This document shows, piece after piece, positions 10,479-23,170 of a stretch of 64,000 nt of DNA. The translations under genes and the position numbers were made by a program. The stretch spans positions 37,634,001 through 37,698,000 of the forward strand of contig OZ024746.1 in NCBI GenBank assembly GCA_964016885.1, read 5' to 3'. The first letter of the stretch is position 1. The number at the start of each line of letters is the position of its first letter. The DNA comes from Eledone cirrhosa (taxonomy: Eukaryota). The notes beneath the pieces were generated by a model. It was given only the letters and a program-made list of their open reading frames with translations, did no database searches and was not told where the DNA came from.

Positions 10479-13147
10479 AGGACTGCAGCTCCGTCAAGGA
10501 AACGTCTGGGGAAATACGAGTCTAGCAAACGGCGACCACACCTGATCACCGTCGAGGAAGAGGTGGAGATGTCGTAGTCTGAGCTCGTGCCTGTGCATCA
10601 TCAACCACGGCATGCCCAGCCCTACACGTAGCGGGTGTTGACAAAAGATGGACCCCCTGACCATCGGAGCGCGTCTCTTCCACAATAAGCGAAAGAGCAA
10701 ACGCTCCAGCGCAGTCAGGCGAGGCTTAGGACAAGGCACGACTGTCAGGCGCTAGCAATTGACAGACGCTATGTACGCGTTAGCCACCTCCGCTCGACCT
10801 TTCAGGGATAGCTTTCTCTCCGCCCATTTCTGGGTGAGAGAAGCCACCCTGCTCGTCACCTCGTGCCAGTTTTTGTCCCTCTTGTGTCCAGACCGAACCA
10901 GACCCCTAGCAATTTAACCGCTCCGTCTGTCCAGCGTTCGACGACGCTGTTGGACGGCATGGACCTGCCTCTCCAGGTGCCGAGCTGCAGGCCCACTGAC
11001 TTTTCCTGGATGATCATTGCTCCTGTCACCACTTCGTATTCTCTTAGTGTAGTGCCGATCGGCTCAATGTGTTTGGCGTTCGACACCACTACGGTGACAT
11101 CGTCCGCATATGCTGACACGGATCATCCGCATCCTAGTTCGCGCGGGACGCCCCTCAACGTCTCCAGTTTGTGCAGTAATGGCTCGAGAGTCAATACGTA
11201 CAAGAGGGACGAGAGGGAAATCCTTGGCGGACCGAGCGCATGATGTTGAACAGTTCCGAAAGGTGACCGTTCACTCTCACCACAGAGCAGATGTCGCTGT
11301 GCATGGAAGCGATCAAGCCTCTGAAGACGGGCCCAAAGCCAGCCGCCCTCAGGACTGCCGCTAGGTAACGACGGTCGACCCTATCGAAAGCTTTCGACTG
11401 ATCTAAATTGATCAAGGACCCACCCGTGCCAGGGTCCCTAGCTACCTTCTCTACGATGTATCGCATGAGGTGGAGGTTGTCGTGGGTGGATCTGTCGGCA
11501 ATGGCGCATGTCTGCGCCTCTCCCACCAGACCACAAACGACAAGCGCCAACCTATTTGCTAGCACCTTGGCCAAAATCTTGAACTCTGTGTTTAGCAGAG
11601 TTATGGGCCTGTTATTCCCCTTGGTCGGATCCTTTCTCAGCAGTGCCACCGTTTCTCGGCTCACAGAACTGGGTATTCTCCCGTTCTGTTGCCAGTGGCA
11701 GACGTCCGCCCAGAGGCCTCCGAACAAGTCTGGCATCTGTACGTAAAGTTCATAGGGCAGACCATCCAAACCAGACGATTTACCCCTTGTGCAGCCAGTC
11801 ATTGCCTCCCTTACTTCAGCGGTTGTTATCCGCTTTTCGCAACACTCTGCCTCAGTGGCCGAGAGCCGCGGCAGTCCGTCGAGGTAGACACTAAAGTCCA
11901 TCCCAGGACCCGGCCAACCGCTGCCCCCGAACAGCTGAGTGAAGTGTCGCTGAAAAGCTTCACACATTTGCCCGGGATCGAGTAGCATGCGCCCGTCGTG
12001 GTCCACCAAAGACCGGATCGTGGCTTTGTTGCCACGACGCGCCTCCGTCACTCGGGCCCATTGAACGGCTTACGTCCCCTCGTGTCTGAGAGCACGCACC
12101 CCAGCTCTGACAACGCAGCCCTCGTGCTTTGCATTGAAGAATTGGTCAAGGGCCAATTTCGCCGCAAGCACGTCGGTCGCAATGCCTTTGCTAAGCGCCT
12201 CGTCTAATTTTCTAACTAGTTCTCCCTCTGCTCTATTTTTCTCTATTGCTAAAGCCTTACTAAACCTAATGGATTCTATTCTAATCGCTCTTTTCAGAGA
12301 AAACCACCACTTGTTGTGATGATGGCCCCCGTCAACGCCCGTTTAACTAGTTCGCTAATCCGGTCTCTGTAGGCCTTGCGCGCTGGTAAGGACGAGTTTA
12401 GCTTCCAGTAGCCGGGTCCTCGTCTATGAAGCCTATCTAAGTCAAGCACACAGATCACGAATTTGTGGTCCGTATAGCTGACTATCTTGAATTGTGGACA
12501 GCCTATGCTAGACCTATCTATTTCCCTACAAAATACTCTATCTAGATATGATCTGGATGACCCAATGCGATTTGTCCAAGTCCACATTGGCACATTCGGT
12601 AAATCCAATCGGTACCTGTCAGACAGTTCAAAACACCTGAGCAGGTTGGTGAGGCTCTTGCACCCTCCACCCCTATCCGCTAATCCCACACAGTCCCAGC
12701 GTGTATCTAAGATCCCGTTCCAGTCGCCCACTAACACTAAAGAGCGGGATGTTGCAAGAAAGGTCTCCAGACGCCGGAAGAAATCAGGCCGCCCTGCTCC
12801 TGTTGGGGCATAGACGGCCACTAGCCTGAAAGCTTGCCCGTCTCCGCTGGTGACGTCCAGCACCACCAACTTACCCTCTGGGTCCAGGAAGATGGCCCGT
12901 ATGGCGAGATCCACACATCTCCGAAAAAGCACAGCAAATCCCCCCCCCCCGATCCAGGATGGCTGGGAGATGCGTACACATTGTAGCCGCCGAAGATCGG
13001 TGCGAAGGCCCGTGCTTCGGAAATGCTGGTTTCGCTGATGGCCACTACATCTATGTTTAGTGACCTGAGGTCGTTGAGCAGGTGACCCTGCTTCCATGAC
13101 GACCCCAAGCCACGCGCATTTATGCTGCCTATTCTGAGTGAAGTCAT
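10479..13147 (-). pseudogene. Tx1 ORF2 (AP endonuclease + reverse transcriptase), frameshifted and truncated
   Basis: GSINARGL, ISET, GDWN, SYLDRVF, YTDH, GPGYWKLN, RPITLLNTEFKILAK, LDQSKAFDRV, VRQG and AYADD motifs are spread over several ORF pieces. Confidence 0.92.
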
Positions 13148-13182
13148 GTTTAAAATAGAGTGGAAAAGATGGGAAAGACCAC

Positions 13183-15247
13183 TTACCGTACTTTTCGTAG
13201 AGGAGGGATGGTTTTTCCATCCATTTTCACTTGATCGTCTGGTGAAGGGACCGTTGAATCGTCCCTTCGGCTGGTCGTCGGCTCTTCTATGAATATGTCC
13301 GAATATACTCTTCGATTGAGAGTCCCTCCTAGGTCTCTGAAATCACATACTGCGTTGGGAATTTCGTTTTAATGTTTGTGTATTGTTTCTGTGCTTTTTT
13401 AGCAGTCTTATGTTAGTTGGCGTTTTGATTGGTGCTGGTATTATGTAGTCGTGTTGTGAAATGTCTGTGTGTTCAATTATGTAAGTCATTAGTTTCTTGT
13501 TGTGTGTATTTATTGACGTGCATTTGTTTTTCTGGGGGTGGGGTGTGGTTCTGCTATTTTCTTGTCGTTGTTGCTGGGTGTGTGTGTTTTGTTGTTGTGT
13601 TTGCGATGTTGGTGCTTGTGGTGGTGGTGTTGAAAGTGTTGTTGTTGTTGGCGGTGGGGTTGTCGCCGGTGGTGATGGTGGTGCTACTGTGGGTGGTGAT
13701 GGTGTTGGTGGTGTTGCTGCTGTGAGTCTCTTTGCAGTAACATTTACCCTTTTTTCATTTCTTTCCTCCCCTTTCGAAGGCGACGATGCGCTGCTTCTGC
13801 GTTTGTGCCTTCTCACGACATTTTGCCATCCCCCTCCCACCGCACACTCCATGTCTGATTCTGTGAGGTCGGGGAGGGGAACCAGCTCCACTCTTTCACT
13901 TGTTGTTGTTGGTGATGTTTGCACTGGAGTCTCTGTTGCAGCTGCATTTGGTATTGCTGTTGTTGTTGTTAATACTTCCACTGCTGCTGCTGTTTTTGAT
14001 TTCCGTCGCGTGGGTATGGGTGCCACGGACCTATCGTTCCTGGTTGCCGCTTGACCTGTTGCTGGTAGCCGTGGAGCCGGTTTCGGAAGGAGGGGGGTTT
14101 TCTCCGTTGCAGAAAGCCCTGAGGTGAGTCTTCGATCCACAGCGAAAGCATTTCGGGCGTTTGCCCTCAACACCTATGGGCAGTTGAATGCCGTTATCGA
14201 AGTCTATCACATCCGGGATAGCTTCGATGCAATCCTGGTTGGTTTGGATTAACATCTCAATGGAGGTGCCGACCCAATCTTCTCTTACTTTTTTCTGTAC
14301 TTGCAGTACAGTTGTTTTATCCTCGATTCCGACGAGGACAGACGCGGCCAGCCAAGAAGGGGCCATCCCGGGGGGAACGTGGGTCAGTTTGACCCTCACT
14401 ATTTTTGGCCGCAGTAGGAGGGCACCAACACCATTTGCTCGCTCCTGAGGGTCACTAAGGATTGAGCCTTTGCCTCCTGGGGTGTGTCAAAAAGTACGTC
14501 TACGGTGGCATATTTCTTGCCTCGGGTGATGTGCGTTTTCCGCTGCCACACAGACCCCAAAGCTTTTTGTATTTGAGCCTCTGTGGCTCTTTCAACCCTA
14601 CAGGATTGTGTACTTACTGTACGGTACGTTACCGTACAGTGCTGTTGGGTTTCGAAAAATGTTTCGGCTGCCTTGCAGATTGCTCGGTGTCCAGTTTTTG
14701 TCACCATCTTCTTCGCTTCCTCTAATTCCTCATTTGTTATGAGGATCGTTTGCAGGTTCTTTGCGATACCTGCAAACGAGCATGGTTTTTCTTTGCTGCT
14801 GTTGTTGATGTTGTTGTCGTCAGAGCTGCTGTTACTTTTGTTGTTGCTGCAGGTACTACGACTACTGCCGCCGCCGCTGTTGCTGTGGTTGTTGTTGTTG
14901 TTGCTGCTGCTAATGCTGTTGTTGTTTATGCTGCTGCTGATGTTGTTGCGGCTGCTACTGTTGTTTTCCTTGTCACTATTGCTGTTGTTATTACGGCTGC
15001 TACTGCTATTATTCCTGACGTCAGACGAATGAAATGGATTTTCGTATTTCCCGCACACCTGTTTCGTCGTTGTCGTCGTCGTCGTGGAGAAATCTTGCAC
15101 GCTTTGCACGAGATTTTTCTTTTCTGTCGTCGCTTGCGAAAGAGAAGGGAGGGAGAGAGACAATCTTCTCTCTGCTGTAGTGACGATTGAGGAAGAAGAA
15201 GACGGAATGAGTGGGAGTGACCTATGAAAATTATTTTTCGTAGCCAT
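13183..15247 (-). pseudogene. Tx1 ORF1 (gag-like, CCHC zinc knuckle), frameshifted
   Basis: ORF pieces 14399-15247, 14031-14399 and 13343-14173; Asn/Ser-rich N-terminus, CFRCGSKTHLRAFC knuckle, Pro/Thr-rich linker. Confidence 0.88.
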
Positions 15248-15441
15248 GTTGTTTTTTTCTGTTTAAAATAAATATTGGGCACAAACCCCAATAAGCGGTT
15301 ATTTAACCCCGAAGGGCCAAATAACGAGGAGGAGGATGTTTTTGTCTACAAGTTGGTTACAGTTTTAAACAATTTACAATTGTTATAGCGGTCAAAATTT
15401 ACAATACCTTACAGAGCCAGCCTCCGTCAACCATAGCATTC

Positions 15442-15465
15442 AATAATAATAATAATAATAAAAAT

Positions 15466-15525
<60 letters not shown>

Positions 15526-15623
15526 TAGTGATGTTGGTGGCCGTTGTGGTGGATGTGGTGGTGGCTGTGGTGTTTATTGTGGCGTGGCGGTGGTAGTAGT
15601 AGTAGTAGTGGTACTAGTAGTAC

Positions 15624-15680
<57 letters not shown>
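15442..15680. repeat. (AAT)n-(TAG)n-(TGG)n compound microsatellite
   Basis: Read directly. Confidence 0.95.
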
Positions 15681-16209
15681 ACAAAGAATAAAAACAAAAC
15701 TGAGAGAAGGTGAAGGAAACATGACATGAACAAGAGTATTAGTGCAATAGAAGGACCAACATAATGAAAACAACAACTACAGAAATACAAAATATAATAA
15801 GGATAAACATAATATTAATATTGAAAAAATATTCAACTATAATATCAAAGCGAGAGCGGATGAACGTCCTCAACCACAACAAGGAATGAGTCAGTATAAT
15901 TATAAACATAATTTACAAAATGACGGTAGAAATTTTAAGGGAAACTAAAAGTAAATAAGAAATGGAAAACATTATGTTTAAGAGAATATTCCGTGTGTAA
16001 AGTAAATTAAAATTAGATTAGATTTTTCAAAAAGCACCAGAAAACCACAACAAACTGTAGCACTATAATAACAAGTAATATAACAAAATATACTAGAAAC
16101 TTTGCGAATAACAAGATCAAAGATCAAGAATGAATGCAAACAACTCTATAACTATCAACCACCCCCTAACAACTGTAAAAATGATGTTAATAACAACAAT
16201 AAAACCTTT

Positions 16210-16392
16210 AATAATGATGTGTAATTGTAGCACAAGTCCAGCAATTTTGAAAGGATGGGAAATTGATTATTTCAATCTTATTAATTGGGTGTTATTTATT
16301 TTATCGACCGAGCAAAGTTGACATCAGTCGAATTTGAACTCGAAATTTAATTAACCGAAATTTATATCTCTGAGGCATTTCTGCCAATCCGA
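16210..16392 (-). mobile_element. Diverged SINE (family S1)
   Basis: gcacaagtccagcaatt, ttattttatcgacc, gaatttgaactc and tgccaatcc blocks match the reverse complement of 3129-3325. Confidence 0.65.
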
Positions 16393-16436
<44 letters not shown>

Positions 16437-16473
16437 CACTACTACCACTACAACCATAACTACTACTACTACT
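16393..16473. repeat. (CTA)n microsatellite
   Basis: Read directly. Confidence 0.95.
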
Positions 16474-16919
16474 TCTTCTTCATCAATAAAGGAAAAAAAT
16501 GGGAATGATATAAATGTAAAAGAATGAGTAAATAAGACCTTCAATATTGAGTAAATAAAGAAACATGATTTATAATTAGTAACTACGTTTGTATTTTTCA
16601 TGTGCTAAGAGGTGTTTTGAATTATTAAGTATCAGTTTCAAAAATATGACTGCCATTCGAAATAGATTGGTGTTTATTTGTTGGTCTTAGATCGATGAGC
16701 CTAGCATTTAAGGAAATTGGACCTGTCGCGACGTACCAGAAGTGGAATGAGCCATTGTTCTTTAATTCAAAAGGTACAAAACTATTCGTAATGTCGATTG
16801 TGACATCTACAAATAGGTACGATTAATTGCCGCAGGATCATAGACTTTGTTTACGATTGTTTTCTGCGTTATTATTGTAAACACGTGCTATATGCTACTA
16901 TTCATAGCTAGCTAGCTAG

Positions 16920-16975
16920 CTAGATAGATAGATATATAGACAGGCAGACAGACATACAGACAGATAGATAGATAT

Positions 16976-17017
<42 letters not shown>
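16920..17017. repeat. (GATA)n microsatellite
   Basis: Read directly. Confidence 0.93.
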
Positions 17018-17084
17018 GGTAATAAAGTGACAACAGTACTTAAGCTTATACATAAACAGGTTCATTAACTGCTTAATGAACACA

Positions 17085-17355
17085 ACCACAAGGATATAGT
17101 CCGAACGTGGAAGAGCCGAACTCCCACTGTCACACCTCCATCTCTCTCGCCCTCTCTCTCCCTGTGTATCGTAAGCAAATGGGGTCCCACTTCCTGGCCT
17201 CCCCACAGACTCGGCGGACAGAACAGACAAGGCGTTTCTCCGGAGGGTGGTAAGGGAGATGCGCTGGAAGAGCAGGGAGGTAGCCCTAGGGCCAAGGATA
17301 CCACAAGTCTCCAGTGCCAAGGGCATGACCGCGAACCTGTCGGAGAGCGACCGGA
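17085..17355 (-). mobile_element. CRE-clade non-LTR element, 3' tip
   Basis: PLALETCGILGPRATSLLFQRISLTTLRRNALSVL; homologous to the fragments at ~41450-41660 and ~59250-59535. Confidence 0.75.
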
Positions 17356-17562
17356 AAGCTACTATTTGTAGACGTGCAAGACTGCTCGTCTTAATATTTC
17401 ACATTTCCGAAGCTGATAAATAATTTAATTTTCGAATTTTGGTATTTTGATCGATCTACTCGACTATATCACTCACATCAGACTATGTTATTGAGTATAT
17501 TTTACTAATTGATATCATTAGCATTATAGAATATCGTGAGTGACGATTTATTGAGCTTCGGT

Positions 17563-17700
17563 TCAGCATGCCAAACCAGTTATTATTATACAGCATGCCA
17601 AATCTGTTATTACTATTATACACCTTCCTGTCATTTTCCATATTACTATTATGCAGCATGCCAAATCTCCTGTTACTACTATACAGCATGTCAAAGTACC
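17563..17700. repeat. ~30-bp minisatellite
   Basis: About four imperfect copies of cagcatgccaaa...ttattactattata. Confidence 0.8.
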
Positions 17701-19129
17701 TATAACTTTTATACAGGGTGGAGCAAAATTACTTTCCATTTTCAGATATTTTAAAAAATACGTGTTTACATACAAATATAAAGAAATATTTATTTTATAT
17801 CTGTTAGAACTTTGAAATTATTACTTCTTTAATATGCCTTGAAGATAAAATAAAAAAAATGCTTTGCACTTTTAAAAGGTTAATTTGCCGTACTCCCTAT
17901 ACGATATGTGAAAAACTTACGATAACATTCCTTCTAATTTCAATATATTAAGATTTAAAGTTTATCAGGTCAGGATTGTACCTGAAACACTTTGATTTAG
18001 TCGACATATATTGACTAGTAAACCGAGAAAAAATCACTCAATATAACATTGCAATAGAAATAATTGCTTCTCCGTGGTTCAAACCTTCATTTTCCCCATC
18101 CTGAGAGTAAATATATTTGAATCGATGAGATGCGGAGGAATGTAATGTGTTGATATATTCGATTATAACACTTACTTGCGAAAATTGATATTTTTACTGG
18201 TAAAAGGGAATAATATCGGAAAAATCAGAACGACAACACCAATGTGGTAATCGTATTTAGTTTTCGTCTTCGAGGTACCCAGGTGAAACCCTTGCGGAAA
18301 CTATTTTACATTTCATTTCTATGGAATCAATAACAAAGTTATACATTAGAATTACTTCATGCTTACATAATCTCTATCGCCAGCAACAACGACATCATCA
18401 TCATTAACTTCATCATCGTTCTCGTAATTATCATTGCCATCATCATCACAATCATTTTCAGCACTAGCATCATTGAAATATTTGCAATCAAAAAAGCATT
18501 AGAACCGAACAAAAGGATTTACTGAATCCAGTAACATTACCGTTAAGTTCTAGATTTGATACCTATGTGGTGGAAGTCTATATATATTTCATTGTGCTTG
18601 AGTTGCTAAGTACCGATCATGTTCCAATGATGATGAGATCAAATATTTCCACACACTATAATTCAGGCTTATGTGCTTAAGTTAAAATTTAGTGTTATAT
18701 TGAAGGCGCTGAAATTGTAGTCTTCTTTAGTGAAGGCACCTGATTTAATCGTTGGAGAATTGGATATGCAATCATGAGTTTGCAAGTTTGGTTCTCTGAC
18801 TGGATAAGACACTTTATTCAGCGAGGCACTTTATTTCACGTTGCTCTTTCTGCTAAGGTGTGTGACGTGTAGGTCATATCATCAATGGAACGACCCATGG
18901 AAACATTGTTTCCCTGGTCAAATTTGACGAGATCCATTCTACTCGGTACGTGAATGATTTCGGGAAACTTATTGATCGATTCCTTACTCCATTTTATTGA
19001 CAGTTATTTAAGTGTTGATATCAGTTCTGATCGATTTCAACATAATCGATCATCAAATTAAGTATTAGCCACGAATTTGGTCATATCCCCGAAATATCTG
19101 AAGGGCTTGAATTCACCAGACATTTTACA

Positions 19130-20385
19130 GCGTCGAAAACCATGTCCAGGTGGTATTTCTATTGGTGTTGTTGCTGGTGGTTTTGCCGGTGCTGGTGTTG
19201 GTTGTGGTCCTCGCCCCGGCATAGTCAGCAGTGGAGCCCTTCGACCCCTTGCATCCTTCAGCAGTTGAGGGCAGAAGGCTCACAAATGGGTTTTTTCCCC
19301 ACAAACAACACAATGCGGCCTTTTGACATCGGTCATAATGTGTATGACCGTCCCATTCTGAAGGCGGATGTGGTCCGAGATTGTCTTCACATTCTCCGGC
19401 CTGATCTGGTGAAGTATCTCCGGGTCACTCCTGACCAGTCCTATCTGGCAGTTCTTGTCACTTCTATCGGGACGGTATCCATCCCCTCCACAATCACACA
19501 TCCCAGAAGCCACCACATGTCAAGTCCTGGTGGGATTCTGGGAATGCGGAGACGGGCCGTTCTTTTTCCCATGTGGGAGGGGTACATTATGACCTTGCTG
19601 GTTTTGCAAGGTGTCATAGTGTGTTTCATAGCGAGGGCTTCTAACTTAAACAGCACCGAAATGGTGCCGTATTGTCTGCCCCTCGCTATGTATTCGGTGT
19701 CATCCCTGATGCACCTCAGCGCGACTTCGACATCTTCTTGTGGAATTAGAGCTGTCCTTTTGGTTTGTGCTGAGATGCATCTGTAATGCACCGTTCTGCG
19801 CTCCACTGCCTCAATACTTTCTACCGGGACAGTTAAGTTGGACCAGGTTTGCTCTTGCTTGATGAGCTTCCAGGCCTGGGCCAACTTTTCATCTTTGTTT
19901 GAGAGGTCCATGTTGAAGCATGGCCTCTTTTTGGCTGCTACCACAGCGAATGTGTTCTTGTTGTCGTTGGTGGTGTTGTTGTTGTTGTCGTTGTTCTTTT
20001 TGGTGCTGCTGTTGTTATCACTGTTGCTGTTATCATTGAGGTCTTTGGTGCTGTCGTTGTTCTCGGTGCAGTTGGTATTGTTGCTGTTGGTGTTGTCGCT
20101 ATTTGTTTTCATGTTAATGTTGTTGATATTGTTGTTGCATTTGTTGTCATGTTTTTCTATGTGTATTTTGGTTGTCGCTGTTACTGTCATTTTTTTCAAA
20201 ATTAGGGTTCTCAGTGTTGTTATCATTGCTGTCTTCATTCACGTTGTTTGTGGTGCTGTTTGTTGTATCAATTTCTGTTAATTTTTGCCGTAACGTTCCT
20301 CTAAACTTTTACGTCGTTGTCGCACGACACGAGAGGTACCGCTGGAGGGCGTGGCTCAGCCATGTTTTTCTTCTTTTTTCTCGAT
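19130..20385 (-). mobile_element. Tx1-clade ORF1 fragment, divergent subfamily C
   Basis: Asn-rich N-terminus; RRTVHYRCIS...YIARGRQYGTISVLF...YPSHMG is homologous to ORF1 of subfamilies A and B; knuckle CVVCGEKTHL*AFC; ATG at 20363. Confidence 0.82.
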
Positions 20386-20394
20386 AATTTTTTT

Positions 20395-22617
20395 ATTTAT
20401 TATTTATTAACCACAAGGGTTTACACAAAGTAAGACATTAAGGACAATACAGGACAATACAGCACGGCACAAATGGGCATTTCTGCGTGTAAAAAACAAA
20501 AACAGAGGATGTAACAAAAAAGAAACAATGACAAATTTCCCAATAGGAATGAGAGTTCCGATGGGGGAGACTTCCGATGGCCATCGTGGAGAAACCCCAT
20601 TAAAAAAAGCCAGGGTGACCCTGACCACCAGGGCAAGTGCCCTCTCCCAGTTTTCCACCCTCAATTTACAGGCACATACTCAGAGTAGACCCATTCACTC
20701 GGGCCATTCTTGCCTCTCTCACCCATCTTTCAACAAAATGCTGGGAAGAGAGCACTTCCCTCCCTACCGTGATTTTCCATTTCAAATGGAATTTGAAAAA
20801 GTTAAGACGGCATCAACCAAGAGGTAAGTGCTCGTCTTAAACCCTTTCAAACGTGTCCACCATACTATCTCTTTCGCCATGGCCACCAGACAGATAAAAA
20901 CTGCCTGCCCTTTCCGGCTAAAGGAGGAGCACGTGGCAATCCTCACGATGCACTCAGCTGATAGCCGGATCCGTCCTACATGCGACAGCATGTGTTCGAC
21001 ATAAACCCACAAGTCAGCAATGCTCGGACAGTGGACGAGTGAGTGTAGGATGGTTTCGTCGCCCTGCCCGCATCTCGGACATGCCTGGTTGACGGCACTT
21101 CCATGCCTATAGAGTTTATCCCGAACTGGCAAAGCTCCTCGGTAACACTTCCAGGCCAGTGATTTCTGGAAGTTGTCCATAGGCCCAGGCCCGAAAGTTC
21201 TCCCGAAGAAATTGGGTAGTTGATTTTCGTCGACAGCTAGATTTTCCTCAAGTAAGTCGTCGCCCTTCCCTTTCACTAATCCTCTATAGAACGCTAAGGT
21301 GGAGTTTCCACCGATCACATTGCCCGACAGGTCGAGGGCTGTGAGCGACTGAAAACATTCCAGTCTCCAAGAGCTCCCTCTCGGTCTTCGCTTCACCCAG
21401 GACTGAAGCTCCGTCAATGAGACGAGCTGGGGAAAGACGCGTCTAGCAAACGGCGACCACACCTAATCACCGTTGAGGAAGAGGTGGAGATGTCCTAGCC
21501 TGAGCGCGTGTCTGTGCATCATCAGCCACGGCACAACCAGCCCTCCACCTAGCGGGCGTTGACAGCAGTTAGACCGCCTGATCATCGGAGCGGGTCCCTT
21601 CAACAAAAATAAAAAAACACTCCAGCGCAGTCAGGTGAGGCTTAGGGCAAGGCAGGACGATCAGGCGGTAGTAGATGACGGACGCGATGTACTCATTCGC
21701 CACCTCCGCTCGACCTATCAGGGATAGCTTCCTCTTTGCCAATTTCTGGGTGAGAGAAGCCACCCTACTCGTCACCTCGTCCCAGTTTTTGACCATCTGG
21801 AGGTCCGGACTGAACCAGATCCCTAGTAATTTAACCGGTCCGTGTAGTTCCGATTGTGTCTATGTGTTTGGCGTTCGACACCACTACGGTGACATCGTCC
21901 GCATATGCTGACACAGTTCTCCCGCATCCTCGTTCGTGCGGGAACCCCCTCAACAGTGTGTGCAGTAATAGCTCGAGAGTCAATATGCAGAACAGGGACG
22001 ATAGGGGACATCCTTGGCAGACCGAATGCATGATGTTGAATGTTCACCCTCACCACAGAGCAGATGTCGCTGTTCATGGTAGCGATCCAGCCTCTGAAGA
22101 CAGGCCCAAAGCCAGTCGCCCTCTGGACTGCCGCCAGATAACGATGGTCGAACTTATCGAAAATTTCGACTGATCTAAATTGATCAAGGACCCACTCGTG
22201 CCAGGTTCCCTAGCTACATTCTCCACAATGTATCGCATGAGCTGCAGGTTAGTGTGGATCGATCTGTCTGGAATTGCGCATGTCGGCGCCTCTCCCATCA
22301 GACCACCAAGGACAAGCGCTAACCTCTTTGCTAGCACCTTGACAAAAATCTTGAACTCTCTGTTTAGCAGCATTATGACTCTGAAATTATCTATTTTATC
22401 CCCCTTGTTCCGATCCTTTCTCAGCAGCGCTACCGCTCCCTTGCTCACAGAGCTGGGACTTCAGCCGTTCTGTTGCCACTTGCAGTAGACGTCCGCCAAG
22501 AGGCCTCCTAACAAGTCTGGCATGTGTACGTAAAGTTCGTAGGGCAGACCATCCAAACCAGGCGATTTACCACTTGTGCCAGTCATTGCGTCACGTACTT
22601 CAGCGGCTGTTATCAGC
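20395..22617 (-). mobile_element. Tx1-clade element (subfamily A-like), 5'-truncated, with internal deletions
   Basis: RT motifs (LDQSK, QGCPLS, AYADD), C-terminal CPRC..ETILHSLVHC, and a 3' UTR matching 27860-28100 with AATAAA at 20403-20408. Confidence 0.9.
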
Positions 22618-22980
22618 GACGACGCCTAGAGTTTCCCCAAGTACGTCGTCGCTCTTCCCCTCCACTAATCCTCTATAGAATGCCGAGGTGGAATTTCCAC
22701 CGATCACATTGCCCCATTGATCGAGGGCTGTGAGCGCCTGAAGACATTCCAGTCTCCAAGCGCCCCCTCTCGGTCTTCGCTTGACCCAGGACTGCAGCTC
22801 CGACAAGGAGACGAGCTGGGGAAAGACGCGTCTAGCAAACGGCGACCACACCTGATCACCGTCGAGCAAGAGGTGGAGATGTCGTAGCCTGAGCGCGTGC
22901 TTGCGCATCATCAACCACGGCATGCCCAGCCCTCCACGTAGCGGGTGTTGACAGCAGAGGGACCGCCTGACCATCGGAGA
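22618..22980 (-). mobile_element. Second Tx1 ORF2 fragment (post-RT region)
   Basis: MVRRSLCCQHPLRGGLGMPWL...LGETLGV repeats the region also present at ~21220-21590. Confidence 0.88.
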
Positions 22981-23032
22981 ATAATAATGATTTCTGTATT
23001 GGCCACAAGGGCTGACATCAAGTAAAACATTA
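22981..23032 (-). mobile_element. Extreme 3' tip of a subfamily B Tx1 element with (ATT)n tail
   Basis: aataatgatttctgtattggccacaagggctgacatcaag is nearly identical to 33797-33836. Confidence 0.8.
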
Positions 23033-23170
23033 CTGTCACAAAATGTGTCTCATGTTCCAGCTTCTTTCTACATAACTTAAACTTATTTGTTTCAGATGGG
23101 TTATACATATTCCTTATCGCATTTGTGTGTATTGTTTTATCTTGAACAGCTTTTAACAAACTCTCTGTCT
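23033..23170 (-). mobile_element. Decayed R4/Dong-like fragment
   Basis: LKAVQDKTIHTNAIRNMYNPSETNKFKLCRKKLEHETHFVT aligns with LMAAQEQALKTKWLKHHIYKEEASPLCRICGEREETVAHIVS of the 62249-64000 ORF. Confidence 0.55.

Larger units (their letters stand above)
10479..15441 (-). mobile_element. L1/Tx1-clade non-LTR retrotransposon, subfamily A, 5'-complete and 3'-truncated
   Basis: 5' UTR, ORF1 and ORF2 are colinear and near-identical to 27860-33784. The 5' end abuts an (AAT)n tract at 15442. Confidence 0.93.

Noticed and set aside
13429-15190. Long plus-strand Leu/Val-rich ORFs resembling membrane proteins (also 19838-20281, 31781-33434, 38904-39482)
   Set aside because: Antisense shadows of low-complexity Tx1 ORF1.
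17563-17700. Spaced ~30-bp repeats as a possible CRISPR array
   Set aside because: No unique spacers, eukaryotic context, no cas genes; an ordinary minisatellite.
17711-17750. TA-CAGGGTG Tc1/mariner-like terminus (and CAGTGGCGGAG at ~40713)
   Set aside because: No matching second inverted terminus found.
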